Assembly: GCA_951406725.2 (NCBI GenBank)
Contig: OX597815.1
Location: 146,692,001-146,756,000 of the forward strand
Reading direction: 5' to 3'
DNA: 64,000 nt
Origin: Octopus vulgaris
Taxonomy: Eukaryota
Shown: positions 11,427-24,605 of the stretch, piece by piece
Numbering within the stretch: the first letter of the stretch is position 1
Layout of the letters: each line of letters starts with the position of its first letter
The notes under the pieces: model-generated
Database searches by the model: none
What the model was told of the DNA's origin: nothing
Seen by the model: only the letters and a program-made list of their open reading frames with translations
Made by a program: the position numbers and the translations under genes

Positions 11427-11630
11427 CTGAAGATCTTCAGTATATATTTCCAGTATTTTCATATCGTTATACTGCGATTGATTTGTTTTCCTGTTTCAGT
11501 CAGATATCTTAAACTTGGATGATAACTATAAGCGTCAATTGTTTTAAAAGTCTTAATTCAACAACTCAACTAAAGTAAGGATCTCAGTGTCCTGAGAAGT
11601 ACGATATTACGCTTATATCGCAAATTCCAA
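11427..11630 (-). pseudogene. PLAT domain C-terminal exon remnant
   Basis: ttttgtcttAG|t TGG AAT TTG = (P)WNL; phase 2 matches the upstream exon ending GGG CC|gt. Confidence 0.55.
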
Positions 11631-11789
11631 CTAAGACAAAAATACAATATCTCAATGACTCAAGGAAACCAATCCATACAGCAAATAAATAAAGCACAAC
11701 GAGCGTCACCTGTGAGTGTGACCCATAGCAAAAAATGCTTTCCAATATTCATCAGGTGTGTCTGCCAAACCTGACTGGTTTCAAATGTT

Positions 11790-11945
11790 GGTACAAAACA
11801 AGCAATTTCAGGGTTGGGACTGCGTCGATTAGATCGACCAGTACTCAACTGGTATCCGAAAGACAGAAATGCAAATTAATCTCAGGGCGTAAAGACGGGC
11901 GAAATTCGCCAGGCATTTTGCCTGGCGTACTAGCGTACTAGCAAA
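11790..11945 (-). mobile_element. SINE family B, deleted copy
   Basis: tcgattagatcgaccagtactcaactggta...ggcattttgcctggcgtacta. Confidence 0.65.
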
Positions 11946-12012
11946 TATATTGTGTGATATTTGTGGCAAATAACACAGCCTTTATTAAGGCTTCGAGCCC
12001 GAAAATCGTTAC

Positions 12013-12140
12013 GGCCCTGGGTATTTTTTGAATTCTTGTATTCGAAATATTAATACTCGCATTATATTTAAACTGTTGATTTTTTAAGATAGACATAAAA
12101 AATACTCTTCAACAGAGGATAGATTATCAATAAAATGTCC
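12013..12140 (-). pseudogene. PLAT domain middle exon remnant
   Basis: RGHFIDNLSSVEEYFLCLS*KINSLNIMRVLIFRIQEFKKYPGP|gt (compare F.RG.VD.FL....LG.L..IR.WHDN.G..PSW). Confidence 0.55.
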
Positions 12141-12309
12141 ACGAATTACATTTTGTCTTTTCTTTGATCGAACCTGGATGGATTTGAACTCAGACAGTGA
12201 ATAAAGTGACGTGTTATTTTAACGACGGTCTATGAATAGATTTAAGCGATCACAAATATGCTCGTAATATGTTTTAAACTATTACGAAAAGAATATACAG
12301 CATACTCAC

Positions 12310-12632
12310 GGATATAAAGAAGTATCCTATAAATATAATGCATACATATATTAAACCAGATTTATTTAGTTCCCTTCACCATGAAATATATAAAATGCTA
12401 CCATTGTCTATAGAAAGTATTATATCAGACTCTCTGCAAAATACGACAGTTAATGAGGGATTAGCTGGAAGGGTTGGAATACAAATAGCATCAGAATGTG
12501 TAAAGACTTCAATTAAAAACATTTAACCCGGGGAGATCAATGAAGCCAGATGCTAGTGACGTGCTTAGAGATAGATAAAGACGATTATATTTACACAGAC
12601 TGAGAACATGTCTGAGCCTTCGGCCATTAATT
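12310..12632 (-). pseudogene. GPS end, TM1 and PLAT start exon remnant
   Basis: LCKYNRLYLSLSTSLASGFIDLP (compare C.CNHLT.F.SGF.V.P); shifted frame TVVFCRESDIILSIDNGSILY...KSGLIYVCIIFIG; GTGAGT donor. Confidence 0.62.
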
Positions 12633-12701
12633 CTGTATTTACTTGAAACAAGTAAAGCTGCGAACAAATTCATTTTTATGCGCATCTATAATAGATGCTT
12701 A

Positions 12702-13170
12702 CACATAGATATGGAACAGCACGTCGCATTATTTAAAAGGTAAGTCACATAAACATAAAGGAAATGTTTGTTTATGCCGCTCTATATTAATCTCCACAGG
12801 AAATAAAAGCTATATAGATATTTCGGCTTAGGAGGGATTTCTTTATCAACGAATTTCTGTTTTATTTATTTTCCCCCTTTCTTTTTTTCTCTTGGTCGGT
12901 TTCTATATAACTATCGCCCTTTCATGTTCTGTGTCAATTTATGTGCATGTAGGAAGGTGATATACACACACATGCGCTAACACACACACGCACATGCGCG
13001 CACATAAAGTGAGACAGTAGCGAATATATGTAAGCCGTGTAGTATAGACCATTCCTTCCAACTTAATGAGTGGGCTCTTGAATACTTAGCGTTTCTGGCA
13101 ACTTGTTATTATTCCGACTATAACATTCTGAGTAGTGACTGTTGGCCATCAAATTTAAGCAATTGCAGAC
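12702..13170 (-). pseudogene. GAIN/GPS exon remnants (two segments, about 12702-12810 and 13090-13170)
   Basis: VEINIERHKQTFPLCLCD before a GTAAGC donor; LKFDGQ / SECYSRNNNKLPET (compare YL.....PT...YD....LP). Confidence 0.4.
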
Positions 13171-13181
13171 CTCCCCTCCAT

Positions 13182-13214
<33 letters not shown>

Positions 13215-13229
13215 GCATATATATATATA

Positions 13230-13268
<39 letters not shown>

Positions 13269-13399
13269 CATATACATACATGTATATATATATATATATA
13301 TATTTATAATAAAGGGTTTTTTGCAACAAGTTATATATATATATATATACTTATATACGTGTGTATGCGTGTGAGTGTGTGTTTATGTATGTATAAAAA

Positions 13400-15520
13400 T
13401 GTAAGATCCAGGGAGCGAAGTGTCGGAAGAAAGGTAGCTCCAAGCAATCCGTAGTGTATAGAAAGAACGCAACTTTCAGGGACGATAGTGGTTTATTGAG
13501 ATGGAACGTTGTAGATTATTTTCGTATCGAAGAATAATAAGCTGAAAAAATTTTTTTTTATATTCCACGGTAGGTGACCAGGCTCGCTGGATGTGCGAAT
13601 AAGAATACAAGAGTTAAGGAATGGAGCAGGAAAGATTCGGGCTACGTATGTTTCATAGCGAGCGGAATCTCAAAAGTGGTAAAATCAAAGCGAGGTGTAT
13701 ACTGCCGGGTACTCTCCTGGTCAAGGATGTCTTGATTAGATTAAAAATTTCATTGTCGCAAAGATATACATGTTGGTGCATGGTCGATTCAACCAGAATG
13801 TGTAGTGAGTACAGTATAAGAGGAGTATATAAATGTGGGGACAAATAAGTATCAGAAGAAGGGAAGAAAGAAGAAAATATAAGGGAGTGAAAAGAAGGAG
13901 GAATTTAAGCAGGATCAGTTGACGGGTAGTAAATAACAGAGTTGTTTTCGCTGAATCACAGAATTTGGTAAGGGGAGAGGTATTTGAAGAAAAGATAATT
14001 TGGAGGGAACAGATGGGGAAATATTTTTGGTCGTGGAGGAGAAAGAAATTGTGTATGAATAAAGCAAGGTAGAGCGAGGAATTTAAGCAGTTATTTGACT
14101 GTTGGTATTCAAAGAGCATTTTTGGCCGAACCACAGGGGAAGTGTTATAAAAAAAGAAACAAAAGCAACAAAAAATAAACAACATAGTATGAAGTGATGG
14201 AGATATGTTGGCGAGTGTGCTAGTAAGTTTAAGGATGGGGTGAGCAGGAAGTGTTGAAATAAAAGGAAACAAATTTTTGTTAGGTTTTAAGGTAAAATAC
14301 GGAAAGATGTTTGTAACTGAATGACGAGGGAGAAATATTGTTGTTTTAATACATAGTGGTAATGAGGGTGGGTAAGAGGGAAAAATTGCATGAAGATTAG
14401 GGGAGAAAAGATCGGGGTGGGGGTTGTACCTATTTGTATTTTGAGAATAGATTTAGTGACCGATGTCTGCGGGAGAATATTATACTACTGCGTTTATTGT
14501 CCCAATAAACGCAAACGCTTATAAACGGGATTTGCAAAATAGCCAAGACCTCGGCTATGCAGCGATCACGTGGATGACTATGGACCACTTGAGAGTGTGA
14601 GGAGTTGAATCAAGGGTTGGTTTACTGATAAGTTGAGATAACGATGTGCTGTTAGATTTTGTTTGGGACTTGAAGGTGGAGTAGTGGTTATTCACTCTAG
14701 CTTTAAAGGTGGCACTACATGAGTCGATATAAATGTAGTTACGGTTGGCAGTTAATACTGTGCATTCATAAACTATGTTTTTTGTGAGACAGCGGTTATA
14801 TAGAGGACAGGAGATAAGGCGTCTGTACTACACATGTTTGCAGGGGGTGTTCCGAATGAACTTGTCAGGGGATTGTTATTTAATGTGGAATCGCTGTTCG
14901 GTTCGTTATTATTCCTGGTGTTAAGATTAGTATTTGTTAAGGAGTTGAGTGTGGTGTTCTTGGGTTGTATTGTATGATAATTATCGTGTCGGGCAGTATC
15001 CTCTGTGTTGTTCTCTACTTTTAGAGGTGATATAGTTGGGCTTGTAGCAAATTAATGGATCGGGTGTTAACAGAGGCATTATAGTTGTTGTTATGAGGAT
15101 TTGTGTTGTTAAGGACATCAATTAGCGTATTGGGTTTATATGTATGGAGCTGGAGTTACCTGGAATTAATTAATTAGGGTGGTTGTTAGTTGGTTGTGGA
15201 TTTCGGAGTTTCTGTTGTTAAGATGTCGGATAACTCCAGCAAAGTTGGCGGTGGTGGTGGTGGTGGAGTTGGACAGTTTTATAGATCAGGGGTATTTATC
15301 TAAGGCGGCTAGAATTAGGGAAATGCTTTTCGAGTAGGGTGATCGAGAGTTTGGGTACTCGAGTTTGGACTTTAAGGGCGAAGGGGGACGGGGGATGGAA
15401 CCAGATAACGTCTGGGTTTAGTTCGTTTAATCCGATTAACGGGGTTACCTGGGTGGAGATAGTGTTTTGGAGGTGTATGGGGGTGTCTGTTTTTGTGGGT
15501 TGCATGAACATATATCTCCT
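13400..15520 (-). mobile_element. 5'-truncated Penelope-like element with GIY-YIG endonuclease (Naiad-type linker)
   Basis: VIWFHPPSPF...LLEKHFP; CS(C)RRLISCPLYNRCLTKNIVYECTVLTANRNYIYIDSCSATFKARVNNHYSTFK...STSLSQLI...LKWSIV; CIAEVLAIL...NKRSSIIFSRRHR (about 14460-14845); long 3' region. Confidence 0.88.
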
Positions 15521-15826
15521 TGTGACAATGTACGTATATAATACGTATATATTATAAAATATGTAAATAAATATTTAAGCATTGGGTATGTACCTAGGAT
15601 GTACCTCAAGAGGCACTTTCACGGACTATAGCCACCTGACGACATCCGCGGTTTTTACACAATTGTCACTGTATCTACCTCGAGTATTGCTAATGAATAC
15701 TACAAAGTAGGCTAGAAATATTGCAAATCGTGAGGCATAAGTCCATACAAGAAAGACTTCCTAGTGTACTCCGGATATTAGATATCAGTTATTGCTATAT
15801 ACGGGGGTAATAAATATCCACCTTAC

Positions 15827-15958
15827 CGAAACACTCTTCAAATGTACGAAGACTGAGTAAATTATGTTGCGACAGAAATACAGTCCATACACCTACACGA
15901 GCCGTGAATATGTTAAATTACGGAATATGTCATTATTTGGTAGGTAGAGTCATACACA
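15827..15958 (-). pseudogene. GAIN-like exon remnant
   Basis: tttttcctAG and GTAAGG boundaries; LYLPNNDIFRNLTYSRLV*VYGLYFCRNIIY. Confidence 0.4.
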
Positions 15959-16831
15959 CTAGGAAAAACTCAGTGGCCTCTTTTACAATAACGCAATAAA
16001 ACGATAAATAGAAAATGATTTAATATAAAAATATGCTCCTGTTACAGAAACAAAATCGATAAGTATGATACAATTTCAGTCTGCGAACACGTAAGCATAC
16101 AAAATACAATAAGAGAATTAAAAATGCAATACAATGTCTAGCGTTAAGACAGACATAGTTTCAATTGTGACAGCCATCTATACACAGGAAAACGTCAGAA
16201 AGAGGAGAGAAAAAAAATCAGTTCCAGTTGTACCCACATTCATAAATCACTGCAACTGATCTACTTTTGATACCAGAATAAATTGAATTCGATTTTGTTG
16301 ATAGCACAAAACGAAAAATCCGAAAATTTAAACAGAAATATTGTCAAACACACGTGCACTCATACACGCTTCAATGCTCACAGTAATGCATACACACCGC
16401 TATCACAATTATTATACACATCAAACAGAAACATGATAACTAGCAAATACAAAATCATAGTTAAGCGTAAGCATATATAAACACTACGATTTACTTACAA
16501 TATAAAGAAAAAATATAAGCACCAAAAAGCAAACACGCGTAGGGAAGTCATTGCAAAGGTTACTGATGTGTAACGAAAGATATTGGCAGATCGATTAATA
16601 AAGCAATGAACTTCAATGAGTATGAGTGCTTTCATGCTCACAGTTAAACATGTACACGCATACACATATATTTATATATACATACAGAGAAATATTCATA
16701 AGTAAATATTCCATAACTTTTTAAATGGCTTACTTTAATATCGTTTTGCTCGATAATTTAACTCAAAAGGACGACCTTAGTTTCATAAACTGTTATGCCC
16801 TCTCAGTACATCTATAATTTCCTGATATATG

Positions 16832-16883
<52 letters not shown>

Positions 16884-16946
16884 CACACATACATATATAT
16901 GTATATAAATACATATACATAAACACACTCAAAGATACACACACGC

Positions 16947-16992
<46 letters not shown>

Positions 16993-17059
16993 GCACACGG
17001 ACGCACATACACACGTATACACGAACATTAGCCTGCGTTATAAATATACTATATAGTTT

Positions 17060-17295
17060 AGTATATCGTAGTCTTATTTATGCTGCGAGCACTACTGAGC
17101 TGATGATGTCTATTGATGTAAAAACTCTGCTGTCATCTTTCTCCAGATGAATGGATTATCATTTATTTAATGGCATGACAATAACGGTTAATTTTTGATT
17201 GCTACGGTTATATCCCCTTCTCATCCAAAATCAACTGCGAATATGTTTAATGTTTCAATATCTAATATTAATTTTTAATAAATCTGGAATGTATC
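17060..17295 (-). pseudogene. REJ C-terminal exon remnant
   Basis: cttacAG acceptor; LNIFAVDFG ... KLTVIVMP (compare L.I.V.D..G.......V.V.P). Confidence 0.45.
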
Positions 17296-17453
17296 CTGTA
17301 AGCTACATAATATGTATTTATTCGTCTTTGTTGTCGAAATTAATAATACTAGACACTAACTTGTTTCTTTTAAGCGATTTATACTGATTTATATGTACAT
17401 AAATAGTTATACCTCTATCTATGCATTTCTGTAAACAAACATACATATATACT

Positions 17454-17534
<81 letters not shown>

Positions 17535-17535
<1 letters not shown>

Positions 17536-17660
17536 CTGGCGCACTGTAGGTTACGGTGATAAGGGTTCCAGATGATGTGATCAACGGAACGGCTTGTTCC
17601 TGAAATTAACGTGTAAATGGATGAGCCCTCAACGGAGACGCGTGTCATTATTCCAGACTG
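17535..17660 (-). mobile_element. SINE family C 3' fragment
   Basis: gatcaacggaac...gaaattaacgtgtaa, matching 59474-59590. Confidence 0.7.
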
Positions 17661-18070
17661 AATGATAATATTTATAATTTGTAATTCTATGCTTTGGGAT
17701 GAGGGGTGTATAGGTTGGCTGGAGATAAGATTCATGTATGTATGTATGTATGTATGTATGTATGTATGTATGTATGTATGTATGTATGTATGTATGTATG
17801 TATCAGGGACGTGCCGCTTAGGTAAGGAAGGTAGGCAGTGCCCACATCGATAGCAGCATTTTACTCTCATCAAAATGTGGACCTACTTCAATAAAATTAT
17901 GAAGATTAGTCTGATTATTTGCATAAAATGCTTAATATCTTTATTTTTTTATAGAGTAGATATACTTAAGCTACGCATATACACGTGCTCTGTATATTTG
18001 TACCACACGTGTTGCGTACATTTCTACAACACTGTTTTCTTTACGTGCTGTAAAGCCAGAAATAGAGCTG

Positions 18071-18126
<56 letters not shown>

Positions 18127-18324
18127 CGTAATATACATGTGAGCAAACCTTCACTGAAGCACAAGAACCTATCCACATAAAAAACGTATGATGAAGAGTC
18201 GATCATAATTTAATAGTGCTCACTCTGTCTCCCTCTTCGTACAAAAACGCACAAACATACATGCATAAATATATGCACAAATGCGTGTATATTGAATATT
18301 ATGAGTAGATGGGCGAATTACAAC

Positions 18325-19855
18325 AGTGCTTCGTGGGCTGCTACCACAACAGCTCCTTTATAGGATCCAGTTAGCCCAAGACATCATCAGGAGGAACCTC
18401 TATTCCTCTACCGTTTTGACGTGGCGGGCACCCCCTTTCAGAGGTGTCTTCAGCTCTGGTGTTGGGTGCATGTCTTCTTTCTTCTTGTTTCTTCTGTTCC
18501 TTGGCCTCTTCGATGTAGCGTCAACGAGTGTCAGCGGGCGAGTGTCTGACTTGTCAAATTTGTCCCTTTAAATACCTGCTACATCTCCAGCAGGCTGCCC
18601 CAGGAAGTTGTCACGTGACACTGTCTCAACTTTAACTGGCCAATGAAGTCGCGTAGTCTTAGCTCACGCATTCTCTAAACGACTGTAACCTGTCAGTCCG
18701 CGAAGCTAATTCAGTGTCAGCTTGTCTCATCTAGCGATGATATTTCCCGCCGGCATGTTATGACTTTCAAGCCATTTTTGGTCTTCCTGCTTCATCCATA
18801 TATAGAAGCTGGCTTTTTCGACCACCTCCTGTACTCTCCTTTTTAATTTTCGCAGCTCGGTGCTAGAAAAAACAAATCTTCTTTTGAATAGCGTTGTCAT
18901 TTTTCTTTCAATGAAGCCTCTAGCCCCCACTGCCAGGTGGTAATACTCGACAGTCCATCCCTGTTCTCTGCACTCTTCGATTAGTTTTTCGTGCCTCTTC
19001 TCCTTTCGTTCCACTGCATTGCCGACGTTCTCTTCTCATGGCGCTGTCAGTTCTAGCAAAATTCCTATTCTCCGTTCTCTGTTCCATAGGACTAAATCTG
19101 GTCTTTTTGTCGTTTTTATTAATGGAAATATTACTTGTCTTTCCAAATCCGTGGCCACCTCCCCGTCTCCCTTCCATCTTTCGTCTATCTCGTATATTTT
19201 ATGTGTAGGCCTGGTTTTATATCCTTTTCCCTCCTTCTGGAAGTATACTTTCCTGCGCTTTTCTACTTTTGGGTACCCTCCCCTATTGTACTTCTCGATC
19301 TTCTCCTTAAGTGTTGCGCTTATGAAACCGAGGACTTGAATATGACGCCATGTATATCTTTCTAGTGCTAGTCTGCAGTTTTCTCTCCGCATCTACATTC
19401 ATCGTTTTTGTTTATGTTCCAACGGACTATGTTCGCCCGTGAGGGTAGAACGTTGAAGGTAGACTTGATCAGGAAGGATGTTCTTGCTTGTTCCCAAGCC
19501 CAAAGTTCCATACATGATATTCTGCGGCTGATCACATATTCCTCCCATCTCAAGCACTATCCCTGTTGACTACATTGCACCAAATGTACATTTCGCCTTT
19601 GTTCTTCCTCCTTTCTCACTTCGTATACCACTGCCTCTTTCATCTCTTTTATACTGCTCTTGCAAAATGGCCTGAATTTGTGCGATCCTAGGCCGGCTCT
19701 TGCTACTTGCGTCGCTCCGACTATATCTGCGTGCGTTTGTTTTCCGATTGCCCTGTTTACTGCCTCTTCCGCTTTTCATTTCCTCCCTGTTCGTACGTTC
19801 GAATGGTTTTCCCGGATGCTCTGATCTTTTGAATACCTTAGCATCATTACTGTCC
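18325..19855 (-). mobile_element. HERO-like REL non-LTR retrotransposon, 5'-truncated copy 1
   Basis: SFLIKSTFNVLPSRANIVRW...CRCG; CRLALERYTWRHIQVL; RPDLVLWNRERRIGILLELTAP; ERKEKRHEKLIEECREQGWTVEYYHLAVGARGF. Confidence 0.88.
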
Positions 19856-19921
19856 TAAATATATATACAAATGTGTGTGTGTTCATGTTTGTACTGAAAA
19901 CTCTCCTATTCATCTCGACTG

Positions 19922-20000
<79 letters not shown>

Positions 20001-20462
20001 GTGATAACTAAGGAAATTTGGAAAAAAAGCGACAACAATAAATCACGTAATCGCATTAATAAAGTACTTAATCAACGTAAAATATTTTGTGAATTAAACT
20101 GTCACCTTTTACCTCAGAGGCGCCGATCGGTGCCAATATATCATGATTGTTATATTATATTGACACCATTCATTAATTATTTTGTTTATCCTCTGGCACT
20201 ATAATCTAGATATGCTATGACGTCAACTATATATATCGTCTCCCCAAACTAATTAATCATAGAATTCCATTATTCAATCAAAATTATGTAGGTTAGTGTT
20301 AATTATTATGAATAGAATATTTAACGAAATCTTTGCACAGATACTTATATTGAAACACGACTGTCTTCAAGTCAGATTATTTCATAAAGGACGTTTATTG
20401 GCTACTTATTATTCCTTTTATTTAGTTTGAAACAATAACACTCTTATATCTGTTAGTCTTAC

Positions 20463-20676
20463 ATTTCGAATCTTTCAAAATCTCATTCTCAAAATAAACA
20501 GTAGCAATGACGATCTCTCAGCGCCTTTAGCTATAAACTTCAAGTAATTTTGGAATAATTTCATAACTGATTAACAACCAATGCCGGATTTAAAATTAAA
20601 ATGCCACACACAGGTTTCGTGATATTTTGATGTAATTAATGCTGACTTGGCGCTTGCACAATTAAAGATTTATCGT
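20463..20676 (-). pseudogene. REJ exon remnant (N.PP..G..P-like)
   Basis: NITKPVCGILILNPALVVNQL; GTAAGA donor. Confidence 0.4.
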
Positions 20677-20855
20677 CTAGTATCGTCTATCGGTGAAGAC
20701 ATTTGTTATAAAATATGTGTGTGTGTGTGTATGTATATATGTACGTTTGTGTGTGCATGGAAATAAAAGTTGTTTAGTGTTGTAAGTTAAGGCTGATACG
20801 GTTGACTGAACAAGTCTAGTGGCAGTACCAAACAATCAACGCTCTGAATAGTCAT

Positions 20856-20898
<43 letters not shown>

Positions 20899-21172
20899 GT
20901 ATATACGCACACACACATATATATACAAATGTATATATATGCATATGTGTGTGTGTATATCTATATATATGTAAGTATGTATGTTCCTGAATGTGTGTGT
21001 GTAAAGAGATCGACCTCAATGTATATTTTTCAGAGCCAGGAACTTATTTTACCAGCCTCCTTTTTTGCAGAACCGCAAGTATCACGAGATCGTAAAGACA
21101 TCGACACCAATGTTCAAGCATTGATGGTTGAAAGAAAAAGCACTAGCACAAAGCAACTAACATACATATATA

Positions 21173-21359
21173 GGCAGAGGCGTGGCTGTGTGGTAAGAAG
21201 CTTGCTTCCCAACCAAATGGTTTGGGGTATAGACCCACTGCGTGGAACCTTCGGCAGATGTCATGTCATCTACTATAGCCTCGGGCTGACCAAAGACTTG
21301 CGAGTGGATTTATGGATTTGGTAGACTGAAACTGAAAGAAGCCCGTTGTATATATATAT

Positions 21360-21411
<52 letters not shown>

Positions 21412-21450
21412 CTCTTCAGGATGAGATAAAAATCCAAGGGTATATATATA

Positions 21451-21489
<39 letters not shown>

Positions 21490-21770
21490 ATATACATATA
21501 TATATATATGTATATATTTATATTTGTGTGCGTGTGTATGTGTGTGTGTGTCTGTGTACGTTTGTCCTCCCACCATCGCTTGACAATCGATGTTGGTGCA
21601 TTTACGTCCCCGAAACTTAGCAGTTCGGCAAAAGACACCGATAATATAAGTACTAGGCTTACAAAGAATAAGTAAGTTCTGGTGTCGATTTGTTCGACTA
21701 AAGGTGGTGCTCCAGCATGGCCATAGACAAATGACTGAAACAAATAAAAGAATAAAAGGAATGACAAAAG
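21173..21770 (+). mobile_element. SINE family A (tRNA head, CORE-like segment, internal TA/TG microsatellite)
   Basis: ggcgtggctgtgtggtaagaagcttgcttcccaacc...ggtgctccagcatggcc...gactgaaacaaataaaagaataaa. Confidence 0.88.
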
Positions 21771-22380
21771 AAAAGTTACGTCATAACTATTATCACTCCT
21801 AGTCCGAATAGGTTATACGATGTTGCGCAAAAACTCCGCTCAGAATGCACTAGAGTAGAAGTAGTAGTTTATAACTTCAGAAGACTGAGGCAAAAATTTG
21901 GCAGTTTATAGAGGTGGACTTTATTCGACATTAACCAAATCATTACTTCAGTGGTAATCTTTTATCGAGCCAGTTGGTCTTTTAAAAAAACATCAACTGC
22001 AGCAGAACTTGAAACAAGAGTAGGTACGAGTAGGTACAAGTCGGAAAAAAGGACCGCACTTACTAAATCTTTCTTATGACATAGCGATTCGGTCAGCGCC
22101 CCGCGCTTGTAATTTTGAAAGATTAAACTGTTCTATACGATAGTCAATTACTTGTTTTTTTTTCTTTCTAGATATTGTTTTAAATCGAAGTATTATTACA
22201 GAACTGACATCCTGAGACTATAAATATTCTCTATGGAATTGATGTAAGTACTAATCGGTATTATCAAAGTAGCTGCTAATTTCGTCACTTCGTAATTAGT
22301 ACATATCAAGAAGTTCTGCACAAAGTGTGAATTTTCTTACTGAATCACCTGAAGGATGTGAGTCTACCGAGTTATATGTG

Positions 22381-22464
<84 letters not shown>

Positions 22465-22473
22465 TGTGTGTTT

Positions 22474-22511
<38 letters not shown>

Positions 22512-22605
22512 TTATAAGTGTCTCAAATGTATGACTCGTTATGTCACCTTCTTTATTGTGAGGTCAAAATCCAGTCCTTCCTGTGTTGTTTTGTTATTGT
22601 TCATT

Positions 22606-23152
22606 GTAGGAGGATGAGTCAAAAAGTAATGCCATTTTGTTTAGGACAGGTACAATTACCAACACAAGAATATGTATCATACATCAAAATGAAGCTGGTC
22701 CTCTATGGACCACATCCCTACTCCTCAACATATTCACCATTTCTCTCAATAGCAATGGTCCACCTACGAATGAGAGCATGTATCCCTGTCCCCTAAAATT
22801 TTGTTGGCAGTTCTTTGAGCCACTTCTTCACTACAGTTGTCACTTCCTCGTCACTGGAATAATGTTTGCCTCTCAAAACCTCTTTCGTGGCTCCGAAGAG
22901 ATGATAGTCTGAAGGCGCTAAATCTGGTGTTTGTGGACGTAGTGAAGAAGTGACCCAAAGAACATTCAACAGAACTTTACAGGGCAGGGATACATGCTCT
23001 CATTCGAAGGTGGAACATTACTATTGAGAGAAACCGTGATTATGTTGAGAAGCAGCGATGTGATCCACAGAGGACCAGCTACATTTTGATGTATGATACA
23101 AGTTCTTGTGCTGGTAATTACTTTGGCATTACTTTTTTGGCTCACCCTCGTA
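22606..23152. mobile_element. Mariner-derived fold-back element with two inverted 3' ends
   Basis: Arms of about 190 bp are reverse complements; minus strand PDLAPSDYHLF...GIHALIRRWTIAIERNGEYVE; plus strand FYRAGIHALIRRWNITIERNRDYVEK; TA at the ends. Confidence 0.88.
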
Positions 23153-24458
23153 TTAACACTGTTTATATCTATCTATATTATTTCACTTTTATTTTATAGC
23201 AGTAGTTACCTTACTTAAGGGGTAAATAATATTCATCTCCATAATATCAAGGAAATATCCAACTATAGTAATGCAACTATGGCGATACATCATTTGCTCA
23301 AAGCATAATGTACTTTCCAGTTTCTGATTTAGGAAACTATTTCTTGATATCTGCTAAAGTTATTATAATGTATGCAACATAATTTAATTTATAGAGCTAG
23401 TGGCTAACTTCTTTTTCTAAGCATTTGGTTCATCCATCCCTTATCACATCACGGTATTAAAAAATCCATTTAAGTTTAGAGAAGACTGATTATTGATTTT
23501 GCATTGTTTTCTTCTTTGCGCTGTGCGTTGTTAATCTTGATTCTATCTACATATCACGTAACATTGGGCATTTATATTGAAGGACCTAAATATGCTATAA
23601 ACACGGATTACATTCAGGTGACACGATTTCATTTGATAGACACTTCGTCCATCTCATCTTTTCATTGCATTGTACAGAAAACAAATAACACAACATTCTG
23701 TCTAAACAAAGTTATATTGATCACATTGAAGTATTATATTTCACCACAAAATAAATAAACCTGTATATATGGCAGGATATATTTTAAGGTGTTTTCTATT
23801 TTGAAACGTCGCTCAATGCAACCTGCTTAGAACCTTTTCCTTACCCAATAGAACATATTTATCCGAAGTTAATATCGTTATCTAAATATATATTACACAA
23901 AAATATTTGCAAAACACCACAACTTTACTTCAAGTAACACTTCTCTCAAGTCATCTCCCCCCCTCTCTCTCTTGCTCTCTCTCTCTTCCTCTCTCTTCCC
24001 CACCTCTCTTTCTGACATCAAATTGAAAACTAGATTTCCCGTAATGAAGGAACAGCTGGGAATATGTTTATTAATCATTTCTTGATTATAGCAAATTTAT
24101 AAACATTTTATTTCCAGATGTTGCTTAATTGGCAAAAATAATCCAGATGGTGTTTCAATTGAATATCTATTTCACTCAAAGTAATGTGTTGTAAATTAAT
24201 CTACCTATGCAAAATCCACATCTTGTTTGCAACAGTTTAACACTACTTAATGTGAGGGTGTATAAATACAGCACAAAAAAATCATGTTTCATGATTATGC
24301 TTCAAATTTCCAGGTAGGAAAAAATGTTTTCCATATGCAGGTATATAGGTATATATATATATATATATATATACATACATTCATATATATATCTATGTAT
24401 ATCTATATAAATATAAACATAAATATATATGTATATGTATATCTATATCCATCTATCA

Positions 24459-24537
<79 letters not shown>

Positions 24538-24544
24538 CAAAAAT

Positions 24545-24603
<59 letters not shown>

Positions 24604-24605
<2 letters not shown>

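Noticed and set aside
13736-14272. 178-aa minus-strand ORF
   Set aside because: Low-complexity, pyrimidine-rich 3' region of the Penelope element; no recognisable motif.
18325-18400. CTGATGA...GAA(A/G) in the HERO 3' end as a hammerhead (also 44862-44960)
   Set aside because: No stem II closing adjacent to the core and no stem I/III pairing could be built; only local hairpins.
23504-23758. Plus-strand ORF that looks like a signal peptide plus ectodomain
   Set aside because: TTG start, no further plus-strand exons, and it overlies a probable decayed minus-strand REJ-region exon; most likely an antisense shadow.
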